Positions 51,770-61,356 of a stretch of DNA of 64,000 nt are shown in pieces. This stretch comes from an uncultured cyanobacterium (lineage in GTDB: Bacteria > Cyanobacteriota > Cyanobacteriia > Cyanobacteriales > Cyanobacteriaceae): the NCBI GenBank assembly GCA_963710605.1, contig CAVQBA010000006.1, positions 864,001-928,000 of the forward strand, read 5' to 3'. The first letter of the stretch is position 1. The number at the start of each line of letters is the position of its first letter. The notes under the pieces were generated by a model. The model searched no databases. It was not told the origin of the DNA and was given only the letters and a program-made list of their open reading frames with translations. Both the position numbers and the translations under genes were made by a program.

Positions 51770-52630
51770 TCATCTTCGGGGGCTAAACCACTCACTCAAA
51801 CCTTCTCCGAGTAAAGACAAACCCGTCACCATTGTTGTCATAGCTAAACCGGGAAATAAAGCAGTCCACCAAATACCTGTAGGTAAAGCATCTAAAGCCA
51901 GTTTCAAATCATGCCCCCATTCAGGCACATCTTCAGGTAAGCCTAAACCTAAAAAACCTAAACCACCTAAAATTAAAATCGCATCGGCGGCATTGAGAGT
52001 AAACAAAACAGGTACACTTTGAATCACATTAAAAAATAAATACTTAGACAAAATACGAGCAGGCGATGCACCCATTGCTTGAGCGGCTTCGATGAATAAC
52101 TCTGTTTTAACACTAGTAGTATGATTGCGTACCACTCGATAATATTGAGGAATATAAGAAATAGATAAAGCCAAAGCCGCATTAATTACCCCTCTACCCA
52201 CCACAAAAGCTAAAGTTACTGATAATAATAACCCCGGTAAAGTATAAACAGTATCCATCACAAAAAGCAAAATCTTATCGACTTTACCACCAAAATAACC
52301 GCTAATTAAACCCAAAGGTACCCCCAGGACTAAACTAAAAAAAGTCGCCAATAACACTACTTTTAATGCCGCTTGAGTACCAAATAAAGTACGAGAAAAA
52401 ACATCATAACCTTGACTACTTGTCCCAAATAAATATTCGGAATTAGGGGGTACATGAATCGGATTAGCCAAAGATTCTAAGGGATCTTGAATTAGATTAA
52501 GATTTTGTAACAAAGGAGCAGAAAAAGCAATGATGATAAAAGCGATCGTGATTATTAAACCTAAAATAGTCAGAATAGCTGATAATGATTTAATCTTTAA
52601 TTTTGAGCGATTTATTTTGTTGGCAATCAT
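51770..52630 (-). CDS. Peptide/nickel ABC transporter permease (DppC-like)
   Basis: FGT..G.DVFSR, FIEAAQAMGA, LGFLGLG, PEWG. Confidence 0.9.
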   Translation of the reverse strand: MIANKINRSKLKIKSLSAILTILGLIITIAFIIIAFSAPLLQNLNLIQDPLESLANPIHVPPNSEYLFGTSSQGYDVFSRTLFGTQAALKVVLLATFFSLVLGVPLGLISGYFGGKVDKILLFVMDTVYTLPGLLLSVTLAFVVGRGVINAALALSISYIPQYYRVVRNHTTSVKTELFIEAAQAMGASPARILSKYLFFNVIQSVPVLFTLNAADAILILGGLGFLGLGLPEDVPEWGHDLKLALDALPTGIWWTALFPGLAMTTMVTGLSLLGEGLSEWFSPRR

Positions 52631-53068
52631 ATTTTACTAAGTAGTGTTGACACTGAAGATAGAAATAAAGAAAAAATTAGTTGATCATTAATTTAGCACT
52701 TAACACCAAAATAATCAGCATAATTTCTTTGTCTTCTGTTAATCAATTGTGCTTGATGCTGTTGCCAATAAATTTGGCAGTTTAGACTCTATTTACAGCA
52801 GTTTTTCTCAAATATCTTACCTAATGTATAAATAACAACTTTCTTCCCCGATAAGAGAATAGTAAACGATCGCAAAACTATAAAATATCAAAACAAATAA
52901 TTTTATTGATAATTGTAAATCAACCAAACATTACAGATAAACTTTATCTGTTTGATGAATCTAGCACAGATATAAAATATTATTATCCTGATGTAAACAT
53001 TTGTTTATTTTGCTGATTTTTTACCAGTCATTAGTAATATAAAAGAAAAGTCATGACTAAAATAAATC

Positions 53069-53575
53069 ATGTATCGAATAACTTTAGAATGGTCTGATAC
53101 TAATAAGGTTAGAACAAAAACAATTACGGCTGAGAATCAGACACACGCCCCCCAAAAAATTATTATAGGACGAGGTAGTAAAGATGTTTGTGACGTAGTT
53201 TTAAAACACCAAAATCCGCAAACACTAAAGACTGTTTCTCATGTTCATTTAGAACTATTTTATGACCAAAATCAAAACTGTTTGTTGGCAAGAAACTTAA
53301 CTCAAAATCGTCAACCTCCTAAACGTCCTAATCCTATTATTATAGATGGTCAAAAAATAATTAAAGAAGTTGTCAAAATTAATGAAGGAAGTCAAATTAA
53401 ATTAGGAAAAATAGTATTAACAGTAAAAGTTTTAGAGCTTGAAAAACCTAATCAGCAATTTATGGTTCAATGTTCTAATCCAGAACATACACATACTCTA
53501 GAAGCCGAATATGAGGGCTTAAACTGTCCTATCTGTGGATATATTGTTTTTACAGGTACAACCCTTAAACTTTAA
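53069..53575 (+). CDS. FHA domain protein with C-terminal Cys/His zinc-ribbon-like motif
   Basis: IIIGRG..CDVVL, VSHVH, I.LG; C-terminal QCSNPEH...CPICG. Confidence 0.8.
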   Translation: MYRITLEWSDTNKVRTKTITAENQTHAPQKIIIGRGSKDVCDVVLKHQNPQTLKTVSHVHLELFYDQNQNCLLARNLTQNRQPPKRPNPIIIDGQKIIKEVVKINEGSQIKLGKIVLTVKVLELEKPNQQFMVQCSNPEHTHTLEAEYEGLNCPICGYIVFTGTTLKL

Positions 53576-53605
53576 TAAATTTAAGTTTTTAATTAGTAAT
53601 CAGAT

Positions 53606-55644
53606 ATGGAAATTCAATTAATTACTCAAAATTCGATAACTGAAGAACAAGAATCAAGAAATATTTACTTTACCTCTTGTTTTCGGTAGAGAAACCAATC
53701 AGCTACCATCGCAATGGGAAAATCAAAATGCTACCCCCATTATTCTATTTGATTCTAGTAGTCAAATATCTCGTTTTCATGCTGTTATCAGCGAATCTAA
53801 CGATCGAGTTATTCTAGAAGATAAAAGTAGTAATGGTACAATCGTTAACGAGCAAAAAATTGTTAAAAATTCTCAACAAATTAACAATGGAGATATAATC
53901 AAAATCGGTAATTATGCTATTACGATCGTTTTTGTCAATCCAGAAACTCAAATTAGTTCGTTTAGTGATTCGACTATTTTTAACTCTGACTCTAGCATTT
54001 TACCCGCCTCAACTTTAGAAGAAACTACTCGTGCTTCCACTATTTTTTTTAATTCTGAAACCGACGAAATTGAACATCAAGAAAATGTAGTTACACCTCA
54101 ACAAATCAATAGACAAAGAAATTCTTTTCCCCCTCCAGAAATTTTTAGCCAAGAAAAAGTTTCCCTCTCAGCAATTCGCTCGACAAATTTACCTGTACAA
54201 GAAGTAACCTATGCTTCTTTAGGTGGTGGTTTAGGTAGTTTTGTTTATGTCGATCATTTACGGATTGCAGGTGTCGAGGCAGAAAATATTGCTGTAGTTG
54301 GTTTAAATCCTATACCTTACGCTAGATACGAGCGATTATTACGTAATTGCCAAATTCCTAGATACAAAAGAATTAGATCTGGTTCAGATTCTTGCCCTGA
54401 TAATATTTGGGGCTGGCCAGGTTACGCTATTAGAGAGGCATGGCGTGATATCTTAAAAGGTAACATTAATGGTACTTTTACTTATTTGTGGCAGATATTT
54501 GCCGAACCCGTGATGGCGGATACTTATACGCCTAAAGGTGATGATGTCTTCAAATCGATCGATCTAGAACGAAAGAGAATTGGTTGGGATAAAATTTATT
54601 ATCAAGGAAGTATTCGCAGTATTCGTAAAACCGATGATGGACGTTATTGTATTGCTTATTCATTTAGCAAACCCGGACATTCCGATCGTCGTTTTTTAAT
54701 TGCTAAATATATTCATCTTGCCACTGGCTATCCTGCGTTGAAGTTACTTCCCGATTTACAACAATACCGAGAAACAACCCAAGATTTAAAATCTGTAGTA
54801 CAAGGTTACGAACCTCACGATCATGTGTACGAATATATAGAAAGAAAAGGGGGTACAGTAATTATTAGAGGTTCAGGTATTGTAGCATCTCAAGTAATGG
54901 ATCGTTTAACCATTGCTCATCAAAATAATCCGAATATCCAAATTATCCATATGAATCGAGAGCCGAGAAAAGGGTTCAAATTTGGTCCGGCTCAAAGAGA
55001 AGTGGAGAATGATTGGGAATTTCAGGCTTATAACTGGCCTAAAGCGACATGGGGTGGCGATATGCGTCAAATGCTTGAAGACGCTAATCCTTTGGAAAGA
55101 CGAGAATTGTTACAAAGTTGGGGTGGCACTACCACAGCTAGTCGTAAAATATGGCGAAAAACGATCGAAGAAGCTTTAAAAGATGGTTGGTATGAAATTC
55201 AATATGGTTTGGTGAAAGAAGTTAAATCTAATCCTCAAGGTAATGGTGTAATTGCCACTTTGATCACCAATAAAGGGGAAAATATAGTACAAGCAAACTT
55301 TATTATTGACTGTACTGGTTTGATTTCTAATCCAAAGGAAAATCCTTTACTTAATGATGTGATTACTCATTATAATCTTGATTTAAATCCTCAAAAAAGA
55401 CTTCATGTGGAAAATGATTTTGAAATTAAAAAGATGCGTAATAATGATGCAAAAATGTATGCAACTGGTGTTATCACTTTAGGTGGCCGCTTATGCGGCT
55501 GTTGATACTTTTTTAGGATTACAATATTCGGCTCATCGTATAGTAGAAAGTTTGGCTACTTTAAAAACACCACAAGTAAAACGGATTGCGGGGCTTTATT
55601 CTTTCCAACAATGGCTTAAATGGGTCAATAATGATAAACCTTAA
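53606..55644 (+). pseudogene. FHA domain + FAD/NAD(P)-dependent oxidoreductase fusion with two +1 frameshifts (~53660 and ~55489)
   Basis: Manual reading: MEIQLITQN../IFTLPLVFGRE..ISRFHA..SSNGT (FHA), then LGGGLGS, HLATGYP, IRGSGIVA, IDCTG, GG/YAAVDTFLGLQY...WLKWVNNDKP*. The track ORF 54486-55505 is only the middle part. Confidence 0.85.
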
Positions 55645-55658
55645 TCCGAAGGGCAAAG

Positions 55659-55710
55659 CAGGGCTGTTTCATTCTCAAAAAGAAGAAAATAGCTATCTGC
55701 TATTACTACT
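55659..55710 (-). mobile_element. Partial end of the ISAs1-like MITE
   Basis: CAGGGCTGTTTCATTC...AAAATAGCTATCTGCTATTACTACTA matches the reverse complement of 39704-39775 with an internal deletion. Confidence 0.7.
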
Positions 55711-55753
55711 AGCTAAAACCTAAAACCTACTCATTACTCATTACTCATTTAAA

Positions 55754-56206
55754 ATGACACCTACTTTATTGGGACGTTGGCAAACTAGATTATTTCTTTT
55801 CGCAACCATTGGCGTATTGTTTTCTTTTCCTTTTTATTTCGGTTTTTTCGGCGGACATCAAGGAGATTTAAGCTATTTTTTGGTTGTTTTCTATGTGGCT
55901 ATATTTGGTTTAATTTGGGATATTTTATACGATCATCTCCAGAAACGTTTATGGGATCATGATTGGCCAGGTATTTTACAATTAGGAGCGGGAATTGCTG
56001 AAGGTGTTTTACTGGCTCTGATTCTCAGTGTGATTGGTTTACCCGGTATCGATCGATATTACTTCGATTTACCAGTCTTTATCCTACATTACAGTTTAGT
56101 TTGGTTGGCTGTTTATATTTCATCATGGACGATTATGCGTCTTCTCTTTCCTCACTGGCGTTTTCGGGGCGGTGAATGGATTGGACAATGGCCATATCGT
56201 AAATAG
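55754..56206 (+). CDS. Conserved 4-TM membrane protein of unknown function
   Basis: MTPTLLGRWQTRL..., WDHDWP, FPHWRFRGGEW. Confidence 0.8.
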   Translation: MTPTLLGRWQTRLFLFATIGVLFSFPFYFGFFGGHQGDLSYFLVVFYVAIFGLIWDILYDHLQKRLWDHDWPGILQLGAGIAEGVLLALILSVIGLPGIDRYYFDLPVFILHYSLVWLAVYISSWTIMRLLFPHWRFRGGEWIGQWPYRK

Positions 56207-56233
56207 TATCTATCTTGAGGTTTAACCGTTTAA

Positions 56234-56266
56234 CCACCCCTAACCCCTCCTTCAAAGGAGGGGGAA
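56234..56266. repeat. Single boxC-like hairpin
   Basis: CCACCCCTAACCCCTCCTTCAAAGGAGGGGGAA. Confidence 0.65.
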
Positions 56267-56509
56267 AAGAGCAAAAATCTCAAATATCATCCGAGGACTA
56301 CACTATAAATGATTTGAATGTAGAAATTCAACAAGCAATTCAAAAAAATTGAGAAACCAGAGCAAATTTAATACTTTGCCCAGATAAAAACGATCGTTAA
56401 GTTTGTGATAAATCTAATTCATTAAATTACAATTTTGACAATCAATTGAGTAAAGTAAGTATAATTATGCTATGAAAACTAGCCTGAATTAATTAATCGA
56501 CGAGACAAA

Positions 56510-58834
56510 ATGTATAATTCACCCCCAGAGTTACCCCTTGTGGGAACTACTTTACACGATCGATACAAAATCATTAAAGAATTGGGAAAAGGTGGTTTTG
56601 GGCAGACTTTTCTGGCTGAAGATATTCAGATGCCAAGAAAAGAATTTTGTGTCGTTAAGCAACTCAATCCCCCTAGCTTTGAACCTCAAATGGTTCAAAA
56701 ATGTGAAGATTTATTTAAAAAAGAAGCCTTGGCTTTAAGTCAGTTAGGAAAACATCCTTTTATTCCTGATTTGAGAGCATATTTTACTTATCAACAGCGT
56801 TTTTACTTAGTCCAAGAATACATTGAAGGTAAGTGTTTAAAGGATGCTATGCTTAATGCTACCGAAAATGATGTAATTCAAATCATTGAAGATGTAGGCA
56901 ATGCTTTAGTGGAAGTACACAACAATAATAGAATTCATCGGGATATTAAACCAGATAATTTAATTTTACGATATTCAGATAACAAAATTGTCTTAATTGA
57001 TTTTGGTGCGGTTAAAGAAATTACAACCCAAATGGTCAACGAAGAAGGTGACATAGTCAAAACTGTTGTCATAGGTACAAATGGGTATATGGCTCCCGAA
57101 CAAGCCCAAGGGCAACCTTCGTGTGCTAGCGATATTTATTCTTTAGGCATAGTTGCGATCGAAAAATTAGTGAGAAAAAAACCTTGGACTTTTAGTTTTG
57201 ACGAGCAAAGAAATATCAATTGGATAGTTAATCTACCAGTTGGAGGGGTATCAGTTAGCGATGGATTAGCAAATATTCTCAATAAAATGACTCGTTTTTC
57301 TCTTGGTGAAAGATATAATAATATTCAACAGGTTTTAGACGATCTACAAGCTATCAAAGACGACGATCGTACTAACATAGTATCTAATTTCTCGGAAAAT
57401 CAATCGTTAAAAACAGTAATAGCAAACTCTTCCACAAATACGGTAGAGCAAAATCAGACACGTGATTTGGGCTATAATAACCAATCTCAGCAGACAATAA
57501 TCAATGATTCATCTTCATCCATCAAAAACAAAATAACAACTACCCTAATTACTTTAACTACCTTACCGATAGTTTTTTTAGGATTATTCGTACTAGCAGT
57601 CGCAATAGTAGTAGTCAATGATTTATCAAATCCTAGTACTCCCCCAGATAATTTAACAGATGTTAAAGTAAGCCAATGGAAGACATATGAAGATACGAAT
57701 GATAATTTGGCATTTTCTTATCCTCAAGATTGGCAATTCAATAAAGATTCTGTTACTGGCGATGTAAATGTTTTATACGATCGAAACGATCGAATCTACG
57801 ATCTAGTAGTATCTGTCGATTCAGTTCAAGAAAATGTGTCATTAGAGCGATATAGAGAAATTCTTGCCGATGAAATTAGTAATCAACCATTTGTTTCTAG
57901 CCCCACTAGTTTATCAGAGCAAGAACTAGCTAACACAGAAGGAAAAAAAATAGTTTATTCGACACAAGATGGAGATAGAGAAAAACAAGTAGAAATTAAC
58001 TTTACAATATCTAATCAGAAAGTTTATATTATTAAAATTACTACAGCTAACTTCGATAGTTTACTAAAAAAAGAAATTACCGACGAAATTCTTAATTCAT
58101 TTACTTTTACTAATGCTAATGCTAATGCTAATGCTAATGCTAATGCTAATGCTAATGCTAATGCTAATGCTGATGCTGTTGCTTACTACAATCTTGGTAA
58201 TACCCACTATGATTTAAACGAATATCAATTAGCCATCGATGATTATACCCAAGCGATTACTCTTGATCCTAATTACACTAATGCTTATTATAATCGTGGT
58301 CTTACTTACTATCATTTAAAAGACTACAACAGAGCGATCGATGATTATACTAAAGCTATTAGTCTTGAGCCTAATTACACTAACGCTTATTACAATCGTG
58401 GTCTTACCTACTATCAGTTAAAAGACTACAACAGAGCGATCGATGATTATACCCGAGCTATTGGTCTTAAACCCGATTATACAGATGCTTATAACAATCG
58501 TGGTCTTACCTACCAGAATTTAAAAGAATATCAATTAGCCATCGATGATTATACCCGAACGATTGCTCTTAAACCCGATTATGCATCTGCTTATTACAAT
58601 CGTGGTAATACCTACTATGATTTAAAAGAATATCAATTAGCCATCGATGATTATACCCGAACGATCGCTCTTGAATCCGATTTTGTTGATGCTTACAATA
58701 ATCGTGGTCTTAGCTACTATCAGTTACAAGAATATCAATTAGCCATCGATGATTATGATCGAGCGATCGCTCTTGATCCTGATTATACTAGAGCTTACAA
58801 CAATCGCCGTCTTGCCTACGAGAATTTAGAATAA
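56510..58834 (+). CDS. Ser/Thr protein kinase with TM helix, PsbP-like domain and TPR repeats
   Basis: LGKGGFG, VVKQL, IHRDIKPDN, IDFG, GYMAPE; WKTY..FSYP.DW; (NA)10 linker; about 6 TPRs (AY.NRG). Confidence 0.93.
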   Translation: MYNSPPELPLVGTTLHDRYKIIKELGKGGFGQTFLAEDIQMPRKEFCVVKQLNPPSFEPQMVQKCEDLFKKEALALSQLGKHPFIPDLRAYFTYQQRFYLVQEYIEGKCLKDAMLNATENDVIQIIEDVGNALVEVHNNNRIHRDIKPDNLILRYSDNKIVLIDFGAVKEITTQMVNEEGDIVKTVVIGTNGYMAPEQAQGQPSCASDIYSLGIVAIEKLVRKKPWTFSFDEQRNINWIVNLPVGGVSVSDGLANILNKMTRFSLGERYNNIQQVLDDLQAIKDDDRTNIVSNFSENQSLKTVIANSSTNTVEQNQTRDLGYNNQSQQTIINDSSSSIKNKITTTLITLTTLPIVFLGLFVLAVAIVVVNDLSNPSTPPDNLTDVKVSQWKTYEDTNDNLAFSYPQDWQFNKDSVTGDVNVLYDRNDRIYDLVVSVDSVQENVSLERYREILADEISNQPFVSSPTSLSEQELANTEGKKIVYSTQDGDREKQVEINFTISNQKVYIIKITTANFDSLLKKEITDEILNSFTFTNANANANANANANANANANADAVAYYNLGNTHYDLNEYQLAIDDYTQAITLDPNYTNAYYNRGLTYYHLKDYNRAIDDYTKAISLEPNYTNAYYNRGLTYYQLKDYNRAIDDYTRAIGLKPDYTDAYNNRGLTYQNLKEYQLAIDDYTRTIALKPDYASAYYNRGNTYYDLKEYQLAIDDYTRTIALESDFVDAYNNRGLSYYQLQEYQLAIDDYDRAIALDPDYTRAYNNRRLAYENLE
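58111..58170 (+). repeat. (TAATGC)x10 coding microsatellite
   Basis: Perfect hexamer repeat encoding (NA)10. Confidence 0.95.
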
Positions 58835-59066
58835 TATCGATTAAACCAGTCATACGATTACAACCGAATCATTGCTATTAATACCGAGATCAATAATCAA
58901 AAATTTTTTTGATATTAAAGGTGTACCAACAACTTTCCTCGCTAAAAGTGAGAGTCTTCTTTAGAAAGAAGGATAAAATAAGTATTTGCTAATTCAGTAT
59001 CTTTATACTAAGAATTCGAGGTATAATTTAATAAGTAATGAAGATAAAGATAACAATAAAAGAACG

Positions 59067-60602
59067 ATGCAGATAATTTGGTTTCGTCGTGATTTACGGA
59101 TTAATGACAATGAAATTATTAGTAAAGCAACTGAGAATAACCAAGAAGTTTTACCTTGTTTTATTATCGACTCTTGGTTTTATCAACAGCCAGAAGTATC
59201 AACCCTGAGAGTAAAATTCTTGTTTGAATCTTTACAAAATTTAGATGCTAATCTCAAATCTCTTGGTAGTAGGCTTTATTTGTTTGAAGGTGAATCGGTA
59301 GCTGTTATTGAAAAATTAACCCAGTCTTTAATCGAGTTAGGAAAAAAACCCAAACTTCATTTTAATCAAGATGTACAGGTAAACTATGGTATCGATCGAG
59401 ATTCTCAAATCAGAGAATTTTATCAACAACAAGGTTTAGAAATTTATCTGGGCTTAAATCATTTTTTACAAGAAAAAGAAGACTACGATTCTTTATGGCA
59501 AGATTATCATAACTATCAAAAACGATCGCTACATCCTATTCCAACACAGATTAATACTCCAGAACTAAACTTTAATTTAAGCCAATTAACATTCGAGCAG
59601 TTATGGCAAAAATATTGCCCGAATCACCAAAATATAGATAGTTACTTTGAAGGTGGTGAAGATGAAGCCAAAAATACTTTAGATAGTTTTTTAGACGGCA
59701 GATACCAAGGTTATCACTGGAAAATGTCTCATCCTTGGATGTCACAACAGGGGGCAACTTCTCATCTTTCACCGCATCTAGATTTTGGGACAATCTCTGC
59801 ACGTAATATCTATCAATCGGCTGTCAAAATCGCTGATTCATTACCACCTAAATCAAAAAATAGTTACTCACTGAAGACATTTTTCGATCGTTTACGTTGG
59901 CACGACAAGTTTTCGCAAAGACATTATTTTCATCCTGAATTAGCGTTTAAAAATAGATACCCCGAATTTGATGATTGGTATTGCGACGAAGAATTAGAAG
60001 GGCAAAAGTTAGAGTTTTTTACTGCTTGGTGCGAAGGTAAAACTGGTTTTCCTATGGTGGATGCCTCCATGCGTGAGTTAAATACGATGGGTTGGATGAA
60101 TTTTCGGATGAGAGCGATGTGTGTTACTTTCTTATGTATCAACTGTGGTGTTTCTTGGCAGTACGGGGCGAGGTATTTTATGAGTAAATTAGTTGATGGT
60201 AATATCGCTATCAATCATTGGCAATGGCAAGCCCAAGCTGGTGTGACTAATCCGATGTCCAAGACTTTTAGAATTTATAACCCAACCAAAAATTTACAGG
60301 AAAAAGATTCATATTTGAAGTTTGTTCGTTATTGGATTCCTGAGTTAAAAAACTATAACATGGAGCAAATACTAGCAGAAGAATATCTCTCTAAAGGCGA
60401 TTATCTTCCTCCGATTTTGGATTGGAAACAAACACGTAAAATTAATGGTAAGATAGTATCAGATCTTAGAACAAAAGTACGCAATCGTTTAGAACAAGAA
60501 GAAGGAGAAGAGTATCATATAGCGATGGGTGCAAAAAAGACGATCGAAAAATACGTTGCGACAAAAGATAAGCAATATAAAAACATGAAATCTTCTAGTT
60601 GA
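59067..60602 (+). CDS. Cryptochrome/DNA photolyase family protein
   Basis: WFRRDLRI.DN, GGE, TSHLSPHL.FGTIS, G.TGFPMVDASMREL..GWMNFRMR, RIYNP; start taken as ATG 59067. Confidence 0.93.
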   Translation: MQIIWFRRDLRINDNEIISKATENNQEVLPCFIIDSWFYQQPEVSTLRVKFLFESLQNLDANLKSLGSRLYLFEGESVAVIEKLTQSLIELGKKPKLHFNQDVQVNYGIDRDSQIREFYQQQGLEIYLGLNHFLQEKEDYDSLWQDYHNYQKRSLHPIPTQINTPELNFNLSQLTFEQLWQKYCPNHQNIDSYFEGGEDEAKNTLDSFLDGRYQGYHWKMSHPWMSQQGATSHLSPHLDFGTISARNIYQSAVKIADSLPPKSKNSYSLKTFFDRLRWHDKFSQRHYFHPELAFKNRYPEFDDWYCDEELEGQKLEFFTAWCEGKTGFPMVDASMRELNTMGWMNFRMRAMCVTFLCINCGVSWQYGARYFMSKLVDGNIAINHWQWQAQAGVTNPMSKTFRIYNPTKNLQEKDSYLKFVRYWIPELKNYNMEQILAEEYLSKGDYLPPILDWKQTRKINGKIVSDLRTKVRNRLEQEEGEEYHIAMGAKKTIEKYVATKDKQYKNMKSSS

Positions 60603-60626
60603 TTAAATAATAGGAATCTTAACCTT

Positions 60627-60887
60627 TCATTTTCGATAAGCGTCTCGACGATGACGACAACTTAATAAAATAACCACTTTTTCTGAATCATTAATTTCGT
60701 AACGTATCCGATAATTACTAATTCTAATACGATACTCATTGTTAAAACCTTTGAGTTTTTTGACACCTGTAGGGCGAGGATTTTTTTGTAAGTCAAATAT
60801 TTTGGGGAGAATTTTAGAATAAATTTCTGAAGGTAATTGTTTTAATTGTTTTTGTACTGGTTTAGGAATAACAATTTGATAACTCAT
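60627..60887 (-). CDS. RelE/ParE family toxin
   Basis: NPRPTGVKKLKG..YRIRISNYRIRYEI..HRRDAY. Confidence 0.92.
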   Translation of the reverse strand: MSYQIVIPKPVQKQLKQLPSEIYSKILPKIFDLQKNPRPTGVKKLKGFNNEYRIRISNYRIRYEINDSEKVVILLSCRHRRDAYRK

Positions 60888-60899
60888 CAGTTTTCAATC

Positions 60900-61127
60900 T
60901 TACGAATTATGCATAAATTCCTCTAAAGTTTGATAATCTCCTCGTCGATAAGCTTCTTTAGAGGCTAAAACTTCAGCTATTATTTCTTCACTGTTTTCCC
61001 ATTCATCTTCTACTATTTCAATTTGATTTTCTAGTATTTCTAATAATTCTTGTTGTCGAGATATTTCTAATGATTTAACTGCTTCAACCAAAGTTTCAAA
61101 AGGAATAGGAATATTTACAGTTGTCAT
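60900..61127 (-). CDS. Cognate antitoxin
   Basis: 75-aa acidic protein directly upstream of the toxin (FETLVEAVKSL...GDYQTLEEF). Confidence 0.8.
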   Translation of the reverse strand: MTTVNIPIPFETLVEAVKSLEISRQQELLEILENQIEIVEDEWENSEEIIAEVLASKEAYRRGDYQTLEEFMHNS

Positions 61128-61356
61128 AACTATATTTAAAGATTAATTATATTATCAGTTTAACAATATTTTAGTTTGAAGCGATCGAGTTTTTAGTTAC
61201 TACTGTGCGATCGTCTAATTAACATCACCGACTCAATTTTTAATAGTAATAAAAAGGATATTGTTATTCAACAGTCTCAAATATTAATTTTACCAACTTC
61301 AAATATTTTATAGTACAATAAAACTAGTTAATTTGTTCTGTTTTTTGTTTTGATTT

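Noticed and set aside
51678-52022. 114-aa ORF
   Set aside because: Heptamer-repeat translation (LLITHYS) plus antisense of the dppC-like gene.
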